A stretch of DNA of 64,000 bases from an uncultured Acidimicrobiia bacterium (GTDB taxonomy: Bacteria > Acidobacteriota > Terriglobia > Versatilivoradales > Versatilivoraceae): NCBI GenBank assembly GCA_963786955.1, contig CAWBAT010000006.1, forward strand, positions 192,001 through 256,000. The letters are read 5' to 3'. Of the stretch, positions 57,412 through 64,000 are shown piece after piece (the first letter of the stretch is position 1; every line of letters begins with the position of its first letter). The notes below the pieces were generated by a model that saw only the letters and a list, made by a program, of their open reading frames with translations, did no database searches and was not told the DNA's origin. A program made the position numbers and the translations under genes.

Positions 57412-60303
57412 TTATCGCTTAGGTAGAAAATTACTTAACCGCCAATATTCAGTCTGACGTTTGTAATTTCGTTGGAAAGCAATCTGTTTGCCATCAGGCG
57501 ACCACTGGGGAGAGGCCGGAGTCGTCTTGTAATTCGCGTCTCCCTCCCACAAAACGTGATCACCCGAGAAATAATCTACCATCCACATGTCAACCCTTTT
57601 GTCGGCCACGTTGTGAACCGTCCAGGCGATCCGCTTTCCATCCCTCGACCACGATAAATCACCTGCAAGAAGATACTCACCATCGGCGCTAGGTGTGTGC
57701 GAATCTGGGGCGCAGGTGACCTTCCTCTTGGTCCACCATCACGCGATACGACTTCCAAGCAATCTCCATTCGTATAGGCGATCTCCCTTCCGTCTGGTGA
57801 CCATCGAGGATGGGGCTGGGTTTGTTGCACATAAACCACATCTCGAACCAATCCAGTTAATCGGTTCAAAACTTTTACGGCGTGCCGGGTTTCTTTCTGC
57901 TGGTATTCCGGCCAAAGAAGCTCTTCGCCATCCGGCGACCAGCTCAACGACGGATTCGGCCATCCGTCAGCTTTCCAAAGTTCGATAGTTTTTCCGCTCT
58001 TCGGAAAGTACTGATAAAGGCTTTTGTGGTGAAGGCCATCCCCGAAAAATGCCCAGGACCTCCCGTCAGGCGAGGGGGAACTATAGTCCGACCCATAAAT
58101 GCTCGGAAAACGAATGGTCCGTTCTTCCGCTGTGGCCAAAGTCCTTTCGATGATGTGCCCATCTTTATAGTAATAGAATTTGCTACCATCCCAAGACCAA
58201 AACGGTTCAACCGTCCCATCCAAGAAGGCGGACACGGCCTCTTGCCTAGGTAATCCAGTGTTTTGATCGATATCCAGGAAAAAGATTCGTGGTAATAGCT
58301 CCTTGGAGCTGTCAAAGAAAAGTTCTCCTTCGGCATTGATCCACCAATCGGGTTTCCTTGTCAGTCCAAGCTTTGCCAACAGAAACGGTTCACCTAAACG
58401 GCTTCCCTGTTCGGGATCCACGCGCAAGGCCCAAAGATCTCCGGTGTTCCCGGAAGAACGAAGATAGAGAATGAGTTTGCCATCCGGGGACCAGATCGGA
58501 GCCATTTCTGAAGCTGGGTCGTCGGTGAGACGCAACTCCTGGCCATCTCGCGTATCGGCCCGAGTCAGGTAAATATCCCAATTGTCATTGCGCATGGCTG
58601 CGTAGACCACCAAACGGCCGTCCGGTGAAATGTGCATCCCATGACTCTGTTGAGTGGTTGTCGCGATAGGCTGCAACTGTTTATCCTCTATAGAGAGAAA
58701 AGCAATCTGCTCCTGGTTATTTGGGAGGTCGATAGTACATACAAACCCGCTCCCATCCGGCGCCCAATCGCGGATCAATGGGAGTGCATTTGATTCGCGC
58801 TTAAAGATTAGGTTCCGGGCTCCATTTTCTAGCGCAACGGTCTCCCACGTCATTGCCTTCTCAGCCTGGATATCAACAGTTTCGACTACCAAGCGTTTGC
58901 TATCGCGTGACCAGGCGAACCGATCTATGGCCTGTGGTAGCAAGAGCCGGGTTTCACCGTTATGAAGGTTTTCAATCCAAAGATGTTGTGTTTCCGGATG
59001 AAGATAAGCGCGCCAGTTCCCATCCGGGGACACATTCAGCGAATCACGCGGATCAACTTGTTGCAAGACGGGGCGACTTCCAGAAGCCTTGGCAGGACGC
59101 AAGGCTGGGAGGGTACGCCAGATTGCGATTCCGGCAGCGAGAATCAGCGCCGCAGCGACCATTATCCACCGATGACGAACAATCGTTACCGTTCCTGGCC
59201 TCAAAAGGGTACTTGCCAGCTCGTCCCCAAAGTCCCTGGCCTGCTTGTACCGATCCTGGGCTTCGAACTCCAAAGCCTGCAAAATAGCCTTCTCGACGCT
59301 GGCGGGGAGATCCGGTCGCAACTTCACGAGGTTTCGGAAAGAATCTGGTCTTTTGATGCTGATAAAGGTCCGCCAGTGGACGCCGCCCGGAAGAGCCTCC
59401 TTCCCGTGAGCATCTCGTAAGCAATGACACCCAGAGCAAAAATATCGCTGGAGGCTGCCGGCATCCCTTTGATTTGTTCCGGGGCCATATAATCCAGAGT
59501 TCCTCCCAAGCCGGTCTTCTCACTCTCTCCTGTGAATTGTGGATCCCTGATCTTGGCCACCCCAAAATCGATGAGTCGCGCTCGTACTTCTCCTTCCTCC
59601 GAATCCTGCACCATGATGTTGCTCGGCTTCAGATCCAGATGCAGAATACCTCTGGCATGGGCAGCGCTAAGTGCCTGGCCAACTTGCTGTATGATCTGAG
59701 CTGCGCGTTGAGGCTCCATCCCTTCCGGTTTCAGGTAAGAACGGAGGGTCGTCCCTTCCACATATTGCATGACATAGAAAGGTTTGCCGTCCGGCATTTC
59801 CCCCGCGTCGGAGACCGTAACGATTCCCGGATGGTCCAGGCGTGACAAAGCTTCTATCTCCTGGTGGAACTTTTTCAAGAACCAGGCATTCTGATAGGAC
59901 TTGTCTTGCAGAGCCTTGATAACGACTTGCTTCGAATGCAATTGCTGGTCACGCGCCAGGTAAACCACCCCGACCCCACCCCTTCCCAGTTCCCTTTCAA
60001 TCAGGTAGCGCCCTTTGATGAGGACTCCTTCAAAACTCGGTCTGGCGATATTTTCGGGATTCTCTACTCCCAAACTATTGAGAATCCCCGCGCGCGCTGG
60101 TAGAGTCTGAGACCGAGTCCAGGATAGGTTCCTCCAAAAAGTGTCCAGCTTGCTCGTGTTCGGTCAGTAGTGATTCCACTTCCTGCTGCATTTCCGCATC
60201 GCCTTGGCACGCTTCGGCGAGGAAGTTCCTTCTCTCTTCTGGTTTCACACTCCAGAGCCGCTTCGAACAGGTCCGTAATTTTTTGCCACTGCTCTCCAGT
60301 CAT
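57412..60303 (-). CDS. Hanks-type Ser/Thr kinase + TM + TolB-like (PD40) propeller; multiple frameshifts
   Basis: MTGEQWQKI..LFEAAL; LGRGGVGVVY, VVIK, HLDLKPSNI, IDFG, GTLDYMAPEQ; repeated WSPDG. Confidence 0.9.
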
Positions 60304-60325
60304 TTAATCTTCTCAAGATTACTAA

Positions 60326-60460
60326 CGCAGATTTCTCACCACTAAACAAGATAGAGACAGCCTGAATTTGAGAAATAACACTCGCCGGGTGGGGTCACCC
60401 GGCCTACAACGGTTGCAGGCCGCATGACCTCATGCGGCGTCTGGTGGTGAGAAATCCGAG
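60326..60460. mobile_element. 135-bp MITE with 17-bp TIRs, CTAA target duplication and internal REP doublet
   Basis: CTAA|cgcagatttctcaccac...gtggtgagaaatccgag|CTAA; the TIRs match at 15/17 positions. Confidence 0.72.
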
Positions 60461-60535
60461 CTAACACGATGCCGCAAAACTTCCAAGATCTGAAGAAATC
60501 ATTTGTAACCGTGGTCGCCGGTCACAGATAAAGCT

Positions 60536-60745
60536 GTAGCCGGGGTCGGTGACCCCGGCCCCTTACCGGGATCACCGATCCCGGCTACAACTGCGGTCAA
60601 CCATCCGCGGGCGGGAAACATCCATCAATCAGCGTAATAACACAAATCGCCCAGTAGCAACAGGCCTCCCGGCCTGTTCTCCGGCTGTAGCCGGGCCCGT
60701 TGGTCCCGGCCACACGGGCCGGGGTCAGCGACCCCGGCTACAACG
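60536..60745. repeat. Two GTAG-family REPINs
   Basis: GTAGCCGGGGTC-ggt-GACCCCGGC..CCGGGATC-acc-GATCCCGGCTAC (60536-60588) and a homologue of 57240-57329 at 60654-60745. Confidence 0.82.
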
Positions 60746-61176
60746 AGTTTTTCTGCAAATTGTTAAATCCCTAAAATATTTTGCAGCACGTAATGAATCC
60801 ACGCCGTGAAGGCCATTGTTAATGTCAAATCACCCCGAGCTAAGGACGCTCATTTAGCCAGGAAACGCGCCACTCCATCGGAGGGTCGGCTTTCAGAACA
60901 GGCTTCTCTGTGTAATGCGTATTCTACGCCAAATAGGGGTCTTGCGGACTTGAATTCAAATAAGTATTTTTAATGACCCCATTTGGGCCTGTTTCTCGCA
61001 TTACATTAAATGAGAGGTTTAGAGCCAAGTAAATCGAGATTGTCCTTTCTTCGTGCATTCCTAATATGAGAACTATACATTCCGAATTATTACTGCTACA
61101 AGTATGAACATTAATCTTCACAGGGCTAATAACTATAGGATTTCGCTGTAGGGGTCTTGTTTCTGATCCTGCCCCG

Positions 61177-61311
61177 CTTAGTACTGCTATTCGTAATTAC
61201 GGTGACGTATCTTGGGATAGGCGCCGCATAGGGGCACGCGGCCTACAATCCAGTAGGCCGACTCACCGACCCGGCGTTAAGGTCACCGTATTTATTAAAT
61301 GTAGTAGTAAG
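61177..61311. mobile_element. 135-bp MITE-like element with a different TIR pair and a similar internal REP doublet
   Basis: cttagtactgctattcgtaattacggtgac versus the reverse complement of gtcaccgtatttattaaatgtagtagtaag (23/30 match). Confidence 0.6.
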
Positions 61312-61454
61312 TTGTGAAACTCAGCGAACAATTGCTGTATCTGAAGACGTCTAATTCGGCCGGGCTTCATTCATGTGACAACTAGCTGGCTACAGCATGA
61401 AATTTTCCACCTAATACCGACTCTTTAAATGTTGCGTGCCACCTGGAAAACATC

Positions 61455-64000
61455 ATGTTGAAATCGATACGAACGACTTTTGTCTTATTAAGTCTCTGTG
61501 TCGCTTGGCTGAGTCTTCTCTCCACCGCATGGGCACAGAGCGATCGCGGGAGTCTTACTGGGACTGTGACGGACTCGAGTAAATCGGTGATGATTGGTGT
61601 CTCTGTGACCGTCACCAACTTGGCAACGGGGGTTAAAGCCATGGCCTCGACCAATGAGAGCGGAAACTACACGATTTTATTTTTAGGGGCGGGAAGTTAC
61701 ACGCTGACAGCCGAACGGGCCGGCTTCAAGCAATATTCTCGGTATGGGGTTAATGTTCGAGGTCGGTCAGGCAACCCGCTTGGATTTCAGCATGCAAGTA
61801 GGAGAAATTACTGAAACCCTTGAAGTCACAGAGGACGCAGTCCCCCTAAACTCTTCCGATTCGAGTCTCGGAACCGTCATTTCCAAACAGCAATTTCAGG
61901 GATTACCGCTAATCGGGCAAGGAGAAACGCGCAATCCTACTTTCTTCATGATTTTAGTTCCTGGTGTGACGGGTCGTGGCACTGCCTCTAGCCCTGGCAG
62001 CTTTGATTCCCGTACTTTGTCGACCACTGTGTCTGGCAGCCAGTCTGGTAGTACCGAGCTACATCTTGAGGGCTCGATAATTGCAAGTGATGCGGAATTT
62101 TCGGGAGATGCTCGCAACGTCGGCTTCCCTCCAGACGTTGTAGCAGAATTCAAGATGACCACGGTGAACGCTCCCGCCGAATACGGCCATTCAGGCGGTG
62201 GCATTGCCAGCTTTCACCTTAAAGTCTGGTACCAACCAGCTCCACGGTTCCATCTATGAGTACTTCCGCAATAACGCGCTAGATGCCAGAGGGTTCTTTG
62301 CCACAAAGACACCCACTCACAGGCAAAACGAATTTGGAGTCACCGCCGGCGGACCAATTATCAAGAACAAAACTTTCTATTTTGGGTGGTTCAATGGTTT
62401 TACCCTAAATAAGGGAGACACGAACTCCATTCGAACCATCCCTACCGCCGCCTCGAAAGAGGGTGACCTGAGCGAGTTTCTCGGGCCCCAGCTCGCCGAG
62501 CCCGATGCCCTGGGCCGGCCCGTGTACCAGGGCGCCATCTACGATCCCGCCACCACCCGCACCGTGATGGCGGGACACGTTGATCCCGCCACAGGTTTGA
62601 CTGCGACCGCCGATGCGACGATTAGGGATCCGTTCCCGGGTAACCGGATTCCCTCGAACCGGTTCGATCGAGTCGCGACGAATATCCTGCCGTTATTCCC
62701 TGCGCCAACCCGGCCCGGCATCGTGAACAATTTCGATTCTGAAGCTGCTGCCGTCAACCAAACTAACCAGTACGGAATAAAAATAGATCACCAATTCACA
62801 GCCAATCACAACATTAATGGATCATTTGTCTGGTCGACGTTAGCTACCCAGGACGTCTCTGCATTTCCGGGTGCGCTTTCCACCACGATTCCAAGTACCT
62901 CGAGAACTCGAATATTTCGTTTGAGCGAAGACTCAATTCTTCGACCGAATTTGATCAACCATGCCACGTTCGGTTTCAATCGTTGGCGTTTTGGTACGAA
63001 TCCAGCTCCTGAATCCCTTGGATGGCCGGCGAGGATCGGTTTGACAGGCGTGAATGAGGAGGGGTTATTTCCTCGCATTAAATATCAATATAGCCGAAAA
63101 AGGGAATGGTTACGGAGGCACTGGAATCAGCTCTGGCGCTCAGAATAATTTTGACGTCAATGAAGGCCTGAGCTGGATCAAGGGGAAGCACACTTTCAAA
63201 TTTGGTTTCGAGTATCTGAAAAGCCAAAGCAACGACGCGAGCACTTATGGAGATGCCGGCAGCTTTAGCTTTGATTATCCGGAAACCGCCTTGCCGGGCT
63301 CTGCAGGGTTAACAGGAACAGGTCAGGGGATGGCCAGCTTTCTTCTAGGTTGGGCTGATTCAGGTGGAGCCAATGTTTATTCCTCTGGAAATTACGAGCG
63401 GAACGGATACTATGCAGGATACGTTCAAGACGATTTTAAATGGACTTCCAAGCTCACCCTCAACCTGGGGCTCCGCTATGACCTCTATCGCCCCACGGTA
63501 GACAAATGGAATCACCAGGCCTGGGTGGACATGCACGAGCCTAATCCTGCTCTCGGGGGATTTCCGGGCACGATGGTGTTTGCCACTCCGGATCGACGCA
63601 CCGGGGTCGATCAGTTTAATAACGGCTTTGGTCCGCGATTTGGGCTGGCCTATAGCCTCAACCCGAAAACGGTGTTGCGCGCTGGCTATGGCCTCTTTTG
63701 GGCTCAGGGCGGCTACATTCGCGCCAGCCGTGGTCTATACATCCAGGGATACAATTCGTCTAATGGTTTGTCTTCGCTCGATCAAGGAATTACGCCCGCC
63801 TTGGTCTTGCAAAACGGCTGGCCGGCTTCAAACTGGCCAGCTCCGCCTTTCATCAGTCCTACGACTGGCTTCAACAATGGAGTTCACATTCTTGAGCCTG
63901 ATGATGCCCATCCCCCTTATTTGCAAAACTATAATGTTGGGACTCCAGCGGCAATTGCCGGGACAGATTCTCCTCGATATCGCTTTTGTCGGAAACAAGG
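61455..64000 (+). CDS. TonB-dependent receptor (carboxypeptidase regulatory-like N-domain, Oar type); frameshifted, runs off the window end
   Basis: Signal peptide AWAQSDRGSLTGTVTD, APAEYGHSGG, KSGTNQLHGSIYEYFRNNALDA, NEFG..GGPIIKNKTF, YVQDDFK..KLTLNLGLRYD, GPRFGLAY. Confidence 0.92.

Noticed and set aside
60549-60809. 86-aa ORF in the REP cluster as a RAYT or transposase
   Set aside because: It is translated REP DNA with no HUH/Tyr or DDE motifs. No transposase was found in the window.
1-64000. Widespread frameshifts read as mass pseudogenisation or programmed frameshifting
   Set aside because: They hit housekeeping genes (lipA, rlpA), often at homopolymers, with catalytic motifs intact. 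Long-read consensus error is more parsimonious.

Overview
64 kb of bacterial chromosome, most likely Acidobacteriota (inferred from a VWFA-type protein, an Oar-like TonB-dependent receptor, a Ser/Thr kinase with TolB-like repeats and a PEP-CTERM protein). Many genes are broken by single-base indels, often at homopolymers, which suggests an unpolished long-read consensus, so split ORFs were rejoined by eye and their ends are approximate. Contents: nupC end, VWA protein, comEA, a phoU-pstSCAB1B2 operon, a MacAB-type exporter, acyP-ispF-TPR, a hydrolase/propeller fusion, transporters, a ~2,100-aa PEP-CTERM protein with ~360 GGSSS repeats, an ICMT-family protein, lipA, rlpA, two histidine kinases, rmlB/rmlA, rnpB, a MoxR ATPase operon, a kinase, REP/MITE clusters and a TonB-dependent receptor. 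Most striking: (1) a Pst system whose two PstB ATPases are degenerate in complementary motifs (one live and one dead site predicted), led by a PhoU fused to a catalytically dead ArsC/LMW-PTP domain and followed by a fossil pit fragment; (2) the 5.4-kb codon-diversified GGSSS array; (3) an RNase P RNA with a 131-nt heptamer-repeat P12 hairpin; (4) ~135-bp MITE-like shells carrying GTAG-REP doublets.
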